DNA of 36,223 bases from a virus, in the UHGV virus genome UHGV-0136979. One strand, 5' to 3'. Position 1 is the stretch's first letter, and each line of letters starts with the position of its first letter. The notes under the pieces are model-generated. The model did not search any database, was not told the DNA's origin, and worked only from the letters and a program-made list of their open reading frames with translations. The position numbers and the translations under genes are program-made. Positions 18,810 to 28,100 of the stretch are shown here, in pieces.

Positions 18810-19610
18810 TTAACCGCGCTTCGCCTTCTGCGTCGCGGTGGTTTTTCGTGTTGCAGGCTTCCGCGTTGTCTTTTTACTTTTGCTGCTTTCGTCCTGCGCC
18901 TGCTGTGCGCTGGCGTCTTCTGGTGCGACTGCGGAATCGGCTTTTTTCAGGGCGCGGGAAAGGGTTGCAATCTCGCGTTTCACACCTGCGTTCGGGTTCA
19001 GGTGCATTGCTTCGCGCAGCAGCTTCAGTGATAAGGCCATGTTGTCTGCATCGCTCAGACCACGACGGGCAAAGGCGCATGCCTTGCATAATTTGGCGCG
19101 TACTTCGTCCGGCATGTCCTGGTCGGTGACAATCTCCCGGAGGGTGTCCAGTGGTTCGATAAAGGCGGACAAATCCGCGTCGGCATCCGTCCCGGCCTGC
19201 GTCAGCACTGGATTGCAGATTTCTTCGGTCAGCACTGTGGCAGCAGTACGGCCAAAGTTATCCGGCATGATGAGGTTGTGACGGACCACATACGCGCCGA
19301 TACGCAGCGCAAGCGGAAGATCGCCGCAGTCAATCGCCCACACCATCAGCGTGGCAATCACTTCATCCTGCTGCCCGCCGTCAGCCTCCAGTGTTCCCTC
19401 AATCCAGCCGGAAAAGTCCGGCAACAACTCTTTTTTGATGGCGGCTTTCGCGCTTCTGGCCTGTACGCCCTTAAGCCGGGCCTGTGCCAGACGCAGACGA
19501 TACAGCACCTCTTCATGCGCGGTACGCGCGGCGTGGTCCACGCCTTCATTTGCCCGGCCTGCGCGCTGTGCCATCACGTTCTGCCAGTGTTGCTGTGCAG
19601 GAGTAATCAT
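18810..19610 (-). CDS. M: terminase endonuclease subunit M
   Basis: 266 aa with a basic C-terminal tail; synteny O-N-M. Confidence 0.85.
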   Translation of the reverse strand: MITPAQQHWQNVMAQRAGRANEGVDHAARTAHEEVLYRLRLAQARLKGVQARSAKAAIKKELLPDFSGWIEGTLEADGGQQDEVIATLMVWAIDCGDLPLALRIGAYVVRHNLIMPDNFGRTAATVLTEEICNPVLTQAGTDADADLSAFIEPLDTLREIVTDQDMPDEVRAKLCKACAFARRGLSDADNMALSLKLLREAMHLNPNAGVKREIATLSRALKKADSAVAPEDASAQQAQDESSKSKKTTRKPATRKTTATQKAKRG

Positions 19611-19655
19611 TTTTTCTCTCCGTTACAGGCGGGCATGATGCCCGCCGTGAGTTGA

Positions 19656-20708
19656 TTAGCTGTCGGCGAACTTCAGGCCAGTGACCATCGCGCACTTGCC
19701 ATAGTCTTCAACGACATAAGCGTCATTGATGGACTGGTAGGTGGCGATGCGGTTGTATTCCGGTTCGTCTTTCATCAGACGACGCATTGAACCTTTCTGC
19801 CAGTAAATCGACAGGTTGTTGAACGAGGTGATCAGCATCGTTGAATCCGGGAAGAACGGCGCAAGGAACACGCCCAGCCCGCCAATGGTGCGCGATGACA
19901 GAATGAGCTGCCCGGCGAGTAATTCCGCATTGGGATTCTGGCCGCTGATGCTGTTCAGCACGGGCAGACGCAGCGAGTTAAACAGGTTGCGCCCCATAAT
20001 CACCACGAGGTCGTCAGCTTCCTTGTGCCATTCATCCAGCAGGGATGAGCGCGCGTCCTGTACCAGTGCATCAGCGTTCGCATACTTACCCGCGTGCGCC
20101 ACGGTGTTGTCCATGTTACGGGAGGTCAGCGTCACGTCATTCATAACGCGTTCGCTGGCGTCGGTTCTGATGTGCTCCAGCCAGCCCACGTTAACGTCCT
20201 GAAGCAGCTTGTTGGTGCTGAAGTTAGACTCATCCGCGTGAGACGTGCCGTTGAAACCGATCATGATGCGGTCAAGTGCCACCTGTCGGGCAATCTGTGC
20301 GCTGATGCGGGACTGAAAATCAGGGTGTGCCGCCCAGGCATCAAGCTGCGGATATGAAATAAACGTGTCGTAGTTCACCTGTTCGCACTGGTATTTGCGG
20401 TTTTTCAGATCAACCACGTTATTCGGGTTACGGCGTTTTGTGCCGTCATAACTGGTATTCGTGCGCGCAATCGGCCCGGTGGTATCCAGGAGGATTTTTT
20501 CGCCTTTCTGGTCGGTCACGCCGATCACGTTAATTCTTTTTGTAAATTCGGTGCTTTCCTTTGAGGCGTTTTCAAAACGCTGCTGTACCGAGGGTTCCAC
20601 GGTAAATCGCGATACCAGTGCGGAAATCGGGATATTGTTAAGCGACGCCTGCTGCGCCATATAACAACCCAGCTTGTTGCGGGTAATATCTGACATCACC
20701 AGATTCAT
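19656..20708 (-). CDS. N: major capsid protein N
   Basis: 350 aa (P2 gpN is 357 aa); synteny O-N-M. Confidence 0.9.
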   Translation of the reverse strand: MNLVMSDITRNKLGCYMAQQASLNNIPISALVSRFTVEPSVQQRFENASKESTEFTKRINVIGVTDQKGEKILLDTTGPIARTNTSYDGTKRRNPNNVVDLKNRKYQCEQVNYDTFISYPQLDAWAAHPDFQSRISAQIARQVALDRIMIGFNGTSHADESNFSTNKLLQDVNVGWLEHIRTDASERVMNDVTLTSRNMDNTVAHAGKYANADALVQDARSSLLDEWHKEADDLVVIMGRNLFNSLRLPVLNSISGQNPNAELLAGQLILSSRTIGGLGVFLAPFFPDSTMLITSFNNLSIYWQKGSMRRLMKDEPEYNRIATYQSINDAYVVEDYGKCAMVTGLKFADS

Positions 20709-20731
20709 AAAAAATTTGCTCCTTTGTCTTA

Positions 20732-21601
20732 TCAGAAGTCAGCCAGCTGGTCGGAGGCTGCGCCCGTTGCGGTGAACCGGTTCTGCGGATCGCCGTCCTG
20801 CGTGCGCAGTTTTTCCTTCAGTGCTGCCAGCTCTGTGGTCAGTGAAGTGATTTTCTGGCTGTCCTGCTGATGGCGGGTTTCCAGTGCATTAAAACGGTCG
20901 ATAATGTCGGCCTGTGACGTTGCGACGCCTTCCACCGCTTCCTGAATGCGGGAGAAACTGGCGTCATCCGCTTTGCGGCCACGGCCAATAATCCCCATTA
21001 CGCGGTTAAACCACTGGGTGCCTTCTTCCTGGCGTTGTTCTGCCATTTCGATGATTTCAGACTCGATGGCTTCGGAGATAAGCGGTGCTTCACCCTGGAC
21101 ACTGTTGAACGTCATCACCGCCTGACGTTGCTGTGCCGTGAATTTCAGGCGCTCAGTGCCCAGGCTTGCCGGGGTGTCGGTCATCGCCAGCCCGACCAGA
21201 TAGGCGCGCCCGTTAACGGAGAACTGCGGGTGCAGTTCGATACTGGAATAGATTTTCTTGCCGTCAGCGACAAGCTGCTTCATGCGCTCGGTCGGTTCGA
21301 TTTCTGCATACAGCGCAGTACGTCCGGCCAGCGGGCCTTCCGTAATATCTTCCGTACTCAGCGCGGTGACATCGCCCATTGCGGAAAATTCGCTTGACGG
21401 GCATGGCGAGAGATAGTGCTCAACGTTCACGCGGGCAGCGTAAACATCCGGGTTGAAGTTCTCGGCGGCTTCACGCAGATGTACCGGACTGATTTCGCGG
21501 CCATCAACAGTTGATCCGGAGACAGCCACGCGAAACTTTTTGCGGGATGTCTTTTTTTCATTAGCCATAGTTTTTGCCCCTCTGACTGGTTCTTCAGTCA
21601 T
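20732..21601 (-). CDS. O: capsid scaffolding protein O
   Basis: 289 aa (P2 gpO is 284 aa); first gene of the leftward late operon, divergent from P. Confidence 0.85.
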   Translation of the reverse strand: MTEEPVRGAKTMANEKKTSRKKFRVAVSGSTVDGREISPVHLREAAENFNPDVYAARVNVEHYLSPCPSSEFSAMGDVTALSTEDITEGPLAGRTALYAEIEPTERMKQLVADGKKIYSSIELHPQFSVNGRAYLVGLAMTDTPASLGTERLKFTAQQRQAVMTFNSVQGEAPLISEAIESEIIEMAEQRQEEGTQWFNRVMGIIGRGRKADDASFSRIQEAVEGVATSQADIIDRFNALETRHQQDSQKITSLTTELAALKEKLRTQDGDPQNRFTATGAASDQLADF

Positions 21602-21722
21602 GATGGCAAAGCGTAACAGGCTGATACAAAGGGCTTTTGTTGTAAGAAAACGGCCAGAACAGGGGGGTAAGGAGAACGGTTTCGCGCGCGGGTAATCTTC
21701 CTGTAATTACTCAGGGGGAGCA
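21602..21722. promoter_or_regulatory. divergent late promoter region between O (-) and P (+)
   Basis: 121-bp intergenic region between divergent late operons as in P2; only an imperfect TGT-N12-AGA dyad seen near 21641..21658. Confidence 0.4.
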
Positions 21723-23474
21723 ATGATTCAGGACGCTTTTGTGCGCCAGCGTGCGCGGCAACTTTACTGGCAGGGTTATCCGCCCGCAGAAATATCACGT
21801 CTGATGGGAATAAACCCGAACACGATTTATGCGTGGAAAAAACGCGACCAGTGGGATGAAACGCCACCCGTGCAGCGTGTCACGCAGTCCATTGATGCGC
21901 GCCTCATCCAGCTTACTGAAAAACAGAATAAAACAGGCGGTGACTTTAAGGAAATAGACCTGCTGACCCGGCAGCTTAAAAAGCTGCATGATGGCCAGCC
22001 GGATGTGATGGCCGCAGGAAAGAAAGGCCGGGCGAAAAAACTCAAAAATCATTTCACGCCGGAACAGATTGCCGCACTGCGGGAAAAAATCATCAGCAGG
22101 CTGGAGTGGCATCAGCGGGGCTGGTTTGACTCCCTGACCCTTTGCAGGGAAGCCGGGATACGTAACAGGATGATCCTGAAATCCCGACAGATTGGGGCGA
22201 CCTGGTATTTTGCACAGGAAGCACTGCTGATGGCGCTGCGTGACGATGTGGCGCAACCTTACCAGCGTAACCAGATTTTTTTGTCTGCGTCGCGTCGTCA
22301 GGCGTTCCAGTTTAAAAGCATTATTCAGAAGGCCGCGGCTGAAGTTGATGTGGAGCTGAAAGGGGGTGATAAAATCATCCTCTCCAACGGCGCAGAGCTG
22401 CATTTTCTCGGCACTTCTGCTGCGTCGGCACAGTCCTATACGGGCAATTTTTATTTTGATGAATTTTTCTGGGTCAGTCGCTTTGCTGAACTGCGCAAGG
22501 TGGCTGGCGCTATGGCAACCCTCAGCGGACTGCGGCGCACCTACTTCTCCACGCCATCCACCGAAACGCACGAGGCATACGCCTACTGGAACGGCGACCG
22601 CTGGAACGAGAAAAAGGCCTCGCATAAACGCCAGCGTTTTTCTGTGGACTGGAAAACGCTGCATAACGGACTTATCTGCCCTGACCGGACATGGCGGCAG
22701 ATTGTCACGCTGGAAGATGTGGTTAATCACGGCTGGAAACACACCGATATTGACGAAATCCGTGATGAAAACACCGAAGACGAGTTCCTCAATCTCTACA
22801 TGTGTGAGTTTGTCCGCGAAGGGGAATCGGCATTTAACCTGAATATCCTGATTGGCTGCGGCGTTGACGGATACGACGACTGGAAAGACTGGAAACCTTT
22901 TGCTCCCCGCCCGATGGGAAATCGTCCGGTATGGATTGGGTATGACGCAAACGGCAGCAGTGGCAACGGCGACAGCGGCGCTGTGTCCGTGGTGGTTCCT
23001 CCGGCTGTTCCTGGTGGCCGTTTTCGAACGGTGGAGACGCGACGCGTTCAGGGGCTGGAGTTTGAAGAACAGGCCAGAGTCATTGAAGAGTTCACGTGTC
23101 GCTACAACGTGGAACACATCGGTATTGATGTGACGGGCGGGAATGGGGAGGCTGTTTATCAGATAGTGAAACGGTTTTTCCCTGCTGCTATTCCGTACAC
23201 CTTCACGCTGTCATCAAAACGGTCGCTGGTACTGAAAATGCTGCAAATAATGCGTGCCGGGCGGTGGGAATACGATCGCGCCGAACGCGAGCTGGTCGCG
23301 GCCTTTAACGCCGTGCGTAAGGTGAAAACACCGGGCGGCTTTATCACTTACGAAACGGACCGCGCGAGGGGGATCAGCCACGGCGACCTTGCGTGGGCAA
23401 CCATGCTTGCTGTCATTAACGAACCGATTGGCGGCGAAGGAGAAAACGAGCGTTTCACGGTTATGGAGTTCTGA
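21723..23474 (+). CDS. P: terminase ATPase (large) subunit P
   Basis: 583 aa (P2 gpP is 590 aa); Walker-A-like KSRQIGATW; followed by the portal gene. Confidence 0.9.
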   Translation: MIQDAFVRQRARQLYWQGYPPAEISRLMGINPNTIYAWKKRDQWDETPPVQRVTQSIDARLIQLTEKQNKTGGDFKEIDLLTRQLKKLHDGQPDVMAAGKKGRAKKLKNHFTPEQIAALREKIISRLEWHQRGWFDSLTLCREAGIRNRMILKSRQIGATWYFAQEALLMALRDDVAQPYQRNQIFLSASRRQAFQFKSIIQKAAAEVDVELKGGDKIILSNGAELHFLGTSAASAQSYTGNFYFDEFFWVSRFAELRKVAGAMATLSGLRRTYFSTPSTETHEAYAYWNGDRWNEKKASHKRQRFSVDWKTLHNGLICPDRTWRQIVTLEDVVNHGWKHTDIDEIRDENTEDEFLNLYMCEFVREGESAFNLNILIGCGVDGYDDWKDWKPFAPRPMGNRPVWIGYDANGSSGNGDSGAVSVVVPPAVPGGRFRTVETRRVQGLEFEEQARVIEEFTCRYNVEHIGIDVTGGNGEAVYQIVKRFFPAAIPYTFTLSSKRSLVLKMLQIMRAGRWEYDRAERELVAAFNAVRKVKTPGGFITYETDRARGISHGDLAWATMLAVINEPIGGEGENERFTVMEF

Positions 23475-24520
23475 TGAGCAGAAAAAATAAAAAAGTGCGC
23501 ATGAGTTCACGCATTGATCTCGCTGATGCGCTCAGGAAAGAATCATCGCTCAGTGCATTCACATTTGATGGTCCTTATCGCCTGACCGGGCATGACCTGC
23601 TGGACAATATGTACTGTGCTGATAACGGGCGGTGGTATGAAACCCCGGTGGACTGGTACGGTCTGGCAAGAGCTGCCCGGCAAACGTCCTGGCATCAGTC
23701 TGCGCTTTACTTTAAGCGTAATGTATTGCTCGGCTGCTATATTCCGCATCCGCTGCTTTCCCGGCAGGATTTCTCGGCGCTGGCGCTGGACTGGTTTGTG
23801 TTCGGTAACGCATTCCTTGAGCTTCGGAGCAATATGCTCGGCGAACCGCTTAAATTACGGCACGCCCTGGCGAAATACATGCGACGCGGAAGCGATCTTG
23901 AATCATGGTGGTATGTGCAGGATGGCAAGGACGCGTTTCAGTTTCGCCCTGGCAAAGTGTGCCACCTGATGAATCCTGACATTAACCAGGAAATCTACGG
24001 CATGCCGGAATATCTCGGCGCATTACTCTCGGCCAGCCTGTCTCATTCGGCGGACATGTTCAGAAAACTGTATTACGACAACGGATCCCACGCCGGGTGT
24101 ATCATCTACATCGGTGCAGCGCAGGTAAACCGCGAAAGCATGGACTCCCTGAAAGAAACGCTACAGGGTGCACGTGGTGGTGGTGCGTTTAAAAACGTGC
24201 TCATTCATGCGCCCAACGGGGGCAAAGAAGGTGTGCAAATTTTGCCGTTCCAGCAGATCACCGCAAAGGATGAGTTCATGAATGTTAAGGCGGCATCCCG
24301 TGATGATGTGCTGGCTGCGCACCGCGTTCCGCCGCAACTGATGGGGGCGATGCCGGGTGAAAAAAGTGCGTTTGGTGATGTGGAAAAGGCCGCGCGGGTT
24401 TACGCAATTAACGAGCTGATGCCCGTTATGGAGGCCATGAAGCACATCAATGACTGGCTTGGCGAAGAGGTGATCCGTTTTAATTCTTATGCTCTTCTTG
24501 ATGAAAAAACAGCCCCGTGA
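23474..24520 (+). CDS. Q: portal protein Q
   Basis: 348 aa (P2 gpQ is 344 aa); start overlaps the P stop (ATGA). Confidence 0.9.
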   Translation: MSRKNKKVRMSSRIDLADALRKESSLSAFTFDGPYRLTGHDLLDNMYCADNGRWYETPVDWYGLARAARQTSWHQSALYFKRNVLLGCYIPHPLLSRQDFSALALDWFVFGNAFLELRSNMLGEPLKLRHALAKYMRRGSDLESWWYVQDGKDAFQFRPGKVCHLMNPDINQEIYGMPEYLGALLSASLSHSADMFRKLYYDNGSHAGCIIYIGAAQVNRESMDSLKETLQGARGGGAFKNVLIHAPNGGKEGVQILPFQQITAKDEFMNVKAASRDDVLAAHRVPPQLMGAMPGEKSAFGDVEKAARVYAINELMPVMEAMKHINDWLGEEVIRFNSYALLDEKTAP

Positions 24521-24535
24521 TGGGGCTGTCCTTTT
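24502..24535. terminator. bidirectional rho-independent terminator shared by Q and the convergent cargo ORF
   Basis: A6-ACAGCCCC (24508..24515), loop GTGAT, GGGGCTGT (24521..28)-CCTTTTT; the Q stop codon lies in the loop and the T-tract overlaps the 3' end of the convergent ORF. Confidence 0.7.
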
Positions 24536-25059
24536 TACCAGAGTTGAACCATTTTCTGGGTGCCGTCAGGCTTGAGATTATCAATTTCAGAGAGAACGTA
24601 ATATTGAATGGCTTCACAAACGGTGGTGTATGGTGAATTACCTTCTTTAAGTGGCACGATATTATTATTAACGCGAACCTGTATTTCATCGTTATACATT
24701 GCGATCGAAAGAGGAGTATGCACGAAGGCGACTTCGCCAGGTGTGTCGTCAACCACTGTCTCAATGCTGAAAATCAGTTTTCGCTCATCATTGCCGCCCC
24801 TTGCTTTGGGGGTAGCGGCAGGAATCTGAGATAAAGGCATTCTGCGAAACCCTTCAGCCGTTTCCAGTCCGCATGAAACGTAATGCTGGCGATTACCGTC
24901 GCTATCCGTCCATGTCTGTGATGGCAGCTCCAGAGAGATTTCATAAGCATCAACAATTCCCTGGGCAATGCGTACAAGCGGGGTCAGGTCTTCATTGCGG
25001 CGAAAACTCTCCTTTACCTGATCTCGTTTTTCTCGTAACTGCTTGTAATTAATGACCAT
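24535..25059 (-). CDS. hypothetical protein (cargo gene next to portal)
   Basis: Start at 25059 (MVINYKQLREKRDQ...) preceded by GGAGG; about 174 aa; no family recognised. The track ORF extends to 25098. Confidence 0.5.
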   Translation of the reverse strand: MVINYKQLREKRDQVKESFRRNEDLTPLVRIAQGIVDAYEISLELPSQTWTDSDGNRQHYVSCGLETAEGFRRMPLSQIPAATPKARGGNDERKLIFSIETVVDDTPGEVAFVHTPLSIAMYNDEIQVRVNNNIVPLKEGNSPYTTVCEAIQYYVLSEIDNLKPDGTQKMVQLW

Positions 25060-25161
25060 AGAACAGCCTCCATTGATTTCTTTGCTCGTATTTTGCACTT
25101 ATGAAGTGTGGTCGGCAAGGTGCCGCATCACTGACGCGCTTCGCTTGTCTGCTGCTTCGCC

Positions 25162-25184
25162 GGGGCATAAAAAATTTATGCCCC
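25162..25184. repeat. perfect palindrome GGGGCATAAA-AAA-TTTATGCCCC
   Basis: 10-bp arms with a 3-nt centre, in non-coding DNA; no adjacent U-tract on either strand, so not a canonical terminator. Confidence 0.6.
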
Positions 25185-25558
25185 GACTCTCCAGCTCCTG
25201 TATCAATCAGATAATTTCGCGACGTCTTCCGACTTATCGCTATCATCGACGGCCAGACTCTTACACAATCCCGCCGCGCTGACTGCATGTTCTCGCCGCC
25301 TCAGTGCGATTTTGACGGCCTTACCTTTCATCCCATCAAATCAGAACACCTTACGTCTTTTTCACGCTCAGCGTGAGCGATACAGCCATTTTGTTGTGTC
25401 GCTGCGACATCGTTCAGGGAATGCTATTTACCCCCTGAAACGCGGGCTGTTCCCCCGTCACCTGCGCGCAGAAAAAGCGTGTTTTTTTGTGCACGCACGG
25501 ATCCTTGGCGGATCCAGCCGCCACGCGGGCCGGAAGGGCAAAAAGTCGTTCAAAAAAA

Positions 25559-25585
25559 TTGTGCAAATTTGTGCACTATTGTGCA
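25559..25585. repeat. three tandem TTGTGCA repeats at exact 10-bp phasing
   Basis: TTGTGCA at 25559, 25569 and 25579, followed by an 8-bp-stem hairpin (25588..25611), just downstream of the operon stop at 25625. Confidence 0.6.
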
Positions 25586-25624
25586 GAAGGGCGATGTGCG
25601 ATTATCGCCCTGGTTTGAGGGGGA

Positions 25625-26215
25625 TCAGGTGTTATTTTTATCTGTCGTCAGTGGGCTAAACCATCCACAATTTACATCGCAGGACTGATGCGTTCTGTCC
25701 TCGTGTTTCTCCTGCCACAATGCTTTTCCGCCAGCCTTTATGATGGCTCTTTCAACATCCCGCTCGTATCGCAAGGGCTGAAATACGTCATTAATGAAAT
25801 ATTCGCTTATGTCCGGAAGCGATACTGCAAAATTATTTGTTTGTTGCGCCGTCCGGCTATGCAGCAAAGCGGCATACTTTAATGCGTCCTGTGCTTTCTG
25901 GAATTTAAGTGCATAGTCAGTGGCGATTTTTTCCAGTTCAGCGATTCGGTTGTCTTTGGTTTCCAGCCAATCAAGTAGCGCCAATACTTCAGGATCCCCG
26001 ACATCCAACACTGTTACGCGTGATTTTTCATAATGTTCGTCGGCAAGAGTTCGGCCAATTTTGAAATCTCCATCATCACCATAACCGGAGCAGGCATAAA
26101 CAACCTGTGCTCCAGATATTCGCTGAATTGACATTTCCTCGCCGCAAATAGGGCATTTCGGTACTGGCGCAGGTGAATAACGTTCGCGTAATGCCTGATA
26201 GTCAATCTTGCTCAC
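25625..26215 (-). CDS. hypothetical protein with N-terminal zinc-ribbon-like motif
   Basis: 196 aa; GTG start overlapping the upstream stop (GTGA) with AGGAGG upstream; CPICGEEM-x14-YACSGYG motif; last gene of the parM-led operon. Confidence 0.55.
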   Translation of the reverse strand: MSKIDYQALRERYSPAPVPKCPICGEEMSIQRISGAQVVYACSGYGDDGDFKIGRTLADEHYEKSRVTVLDVGDPEVLALLDWLETKDNRIAELEKIATDYALKFQKAQDALKYAALLHSRTAQQTNNFAVSLPDISEYFINDVFQPLRYERDVERAIIKAGGKALWQEKHEDRTHQSCDVNCGWFSPLTTDKNNT

Positions 26216-26736
26216 TGGTTGCCTCCTTTGTGTTGCGTCAGCTCTTCCTGCGCCTGCATCATGCGATTGACCTGAACGCGTGTGCGTCGAACGGCAAAAT
26301 TAAATTGAAACATGAGCCGGAACATTTCTGAGGCTTCCGTGTGAGCATCACGGAGAGGTGACAGTCGGTATAGTTCTGCCTCCGTAGCTTGTTGAATCAA
26401 TGACAGATCAAATTGAAGTGCGGGTCTGGTACATTTTGCACATCTGGCAGCAAGCTCCGGCATCAGTTTCTTAACGAAGGTGTTTTGCACCGCTTTGTTG
26501 AGTTGTGTCTGCATCCAAATCGCAAATTTCAGCGAACGCATAAGTTTGATAGCCTCGGGCAGCGGCAGATAGATCATGCTGGTAGATTTGGGGGGTTGGT
26601 GAATCATCTTCACGGATACGCGATTTCGCAGCGTTCGGAAAATCGTGTTCCCAACAACAGCTTCTACGGATACAGGACAGGGAGCCAGACCAGCCCGCAG
26701 TGCTTCTTTCATTAGCATGTATTCGTATTTTTTCAT
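26212..26736 (-). CDS. hypothetical protein
   Basis: 174 aa; GAGGAAA RBS; third gene of the parM-led operon; no family recognised. Confidence 0.55.
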   Translation of the reverse strand: MKKYEYMLMKEALRAGLAPCPVSVEAVVGNTIFRTLRNRVSVKMIHQPPKSTSMIYLPLPEAIKLMRSLKFAIWMQTQLNKAVQNTFVKKLMPELAARCAKCTRPALQFDLSLIQQATEAELYRLSPLRDAHTEASEMFRLMFQFNFAVRRTRVQVNRMMQAQEELTQHKGGNQ

Positions 26737-26796
26737 CGTGTTTTCCTCGTGCGGGGCGACAGTGCACCCCGATAAAATTAAAAGCCGTCAAATTCG

Positions 26797-27108
26797 TCAT
26801 TCAGGAAATAATGCCCGGATATTCCCTGCTATCTGACTGGTTATCTGTGCGGTTGGTACTGGCTGTGACACGGGGCGTTCTGTCCTGGTTTGTGTCACCG
26901 ATAACGCCTCATCGTCAGCCCATGCAGCCAGTCGGTAAGCCTCTGCTGGATTCATTTTCAGAAGTGCCAGCCCGGCCAGAAAAGCCACGCGTTGGCCGCT
27001 TTTGCGGGCTTCTGGTGTAAGGCTGTCCAGCCAGGCGCATGCTTCGCCTTCGTTCTTGACGGCGGCGGGCTTCAGATAGAAACTTATCCGTCTGGTTGGA
27101 GTCGTCAT
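26797..27108 (-). CDS. parR: ParR-like ribbon-helix-helix adaptor
   Basis: Start at 27108, 5 nt after the ParM stop, with AAGGAG upstream; 103 aa; RRISFYLKP...LAGLALL and C-terminal IRALFPE resemble plasmid R1 ParR as I recall it. The track ORF 26797..27243 is an upstream over-extension. Confidence 0.6.
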   Translation of the reverse strand: MTTPTRRISFYLKPAAVKNEGEACAWLDSLTPEARKSGQRVAFLAGLALLKMNPAEAYRLAAWADDEALSVTQTRTERPVSQPVPTAQITSQIAGNIRALFPE

Positions 27109-27112
27109 TGGT

Positions 27113-28072
27113 TTACTCCTTGTCCATTGCGTACAGCCCATTAACCAGAGCAAACTGTGGCACCCCGTCCGCGATGAAAGTCGCATTAACTCCGCAGGCT
27201 TCGCGGATAGCGGGTGCCACAATCTCCGCCCCGCCACCGACAACCATCACCCGCCCGTAACCCGAAAAACCCGCCAGCGCGCGGATCACGCGTTGTTTCA
27301 GTGTTTCTTCCTTTTCACGAATAACCGCCATCAGGTTGGCGTAATGCGCGTCATTGTGGATGTGCTGGCGCAGCCAGGCTTCATCATGGCGATGTTCGAT
27401 AATGGTATTGGCGATGTGGTGACTGGTGCGCATACCGTTAGTGGCCATCACCGACAGTACGGCATCGGCCATCAGAGAAACGCCTACGTGTGGATCGCAA
27501 AACACCTGGCTGATACCTGCCAGTTGCCCCTGAACCTTTGCCACATCCAGCGTGGTTCCGCCCAAATCCACAATCAGCAGGGATTCAAACGGACTCATGT
27601 CAGCCAGTGCTTTAAAGCCAGCCGGAATGGATTCAGGCATAACCCGTACGTTACGGATAGTGAATGCTTCGCCGTTCTGGTACTCCACCGGGCGCATAAC
27701 GTTCGCTTTTTTGCGGCTGATGTTAGCCATGTCCGGCTGTGCGTTTGTGTCGAAATACTCGCTCAGTGGCAGGGTGACAACCACATCCACCTCCTGTGGC
27801 GTGATGCCTGATTTGACCAGCGCGTGATGAATGGCAATGACATTCACATCGCTGTACTGGTATTGCGTGTCGGTCGTCTGGACAAAGCGATCGCTGACCG
27901 GATCAAAACCATAGCGCACGCCATCAAGCATGTAGTTCGCGGGCTGCGTACCACCGAACGGCGCAGACCATTCCGACTTGAAGCTGTTCGGGCTGATGGC
28001 GTTGCGGCGTTCGCCGTTCTCAGTCCATGCCAGCTTGATGTTGGTGGAACCGTCGTCGATACAAATTTTCAT
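27113..28072 (-). CDS. parM: ParM/StbA-family actin-like ATPase
   Basis: 319 aa; MKICIDDGSTNIKLAW (phosphate-1), LIVDLGGTTLDV (phosphate-2) and VMVVGGGAEIV (adenosine) motifs; near-collinear resemblance to plasmid R1 ParM from memory. Confidence 0.85.
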   Translation of the reverse strand: MKICIDDGSTNIKLAWTENGERRNAISPNSFKSEWSAPFGGTQPANYMLDGVRYGFDPVSDRFVQTTDTQYQYSDVNVIAIHHALVKSGITPQEVDVVVTLPLSEYFDTNAQPDMANISRKKANVMRPVEYQNGEAFTIRNVRVMPESIPAGFKALADMSPFESLLIVDLGGTTLDVAKVQGQLAGISQVFCDPHVGVSLMADAVLSVMATNGMRTSHHIANTIIEHRHDEAWLRQHIHNDAHYANLMAVIREKEETLKQRVIRALAGFSGYGRVMVVGGGAEIVAPAIREACGVNATFIADGVPQFALVNGLYAMDKE

Positions 28073-28100
28073 GTCGCTTTTCCTTATGTTGATTAATTAA

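Noticed and set aside
21602-21722. Canonical Ogr binding dyad TGT-N12-ACA in the O/P late promoter region
   Set aside because: Only an imperfect TGT-N12-AGA (near 21641..21658) is present; the region is annotated as a promoter region but no binding site is called.
21795-23117. 440-aa - strand ORF spanning most of the terminase P gene
   Set aside because: Antisense shadow of the well-supported P reading frame; low-complexity translation and no independent start signals.
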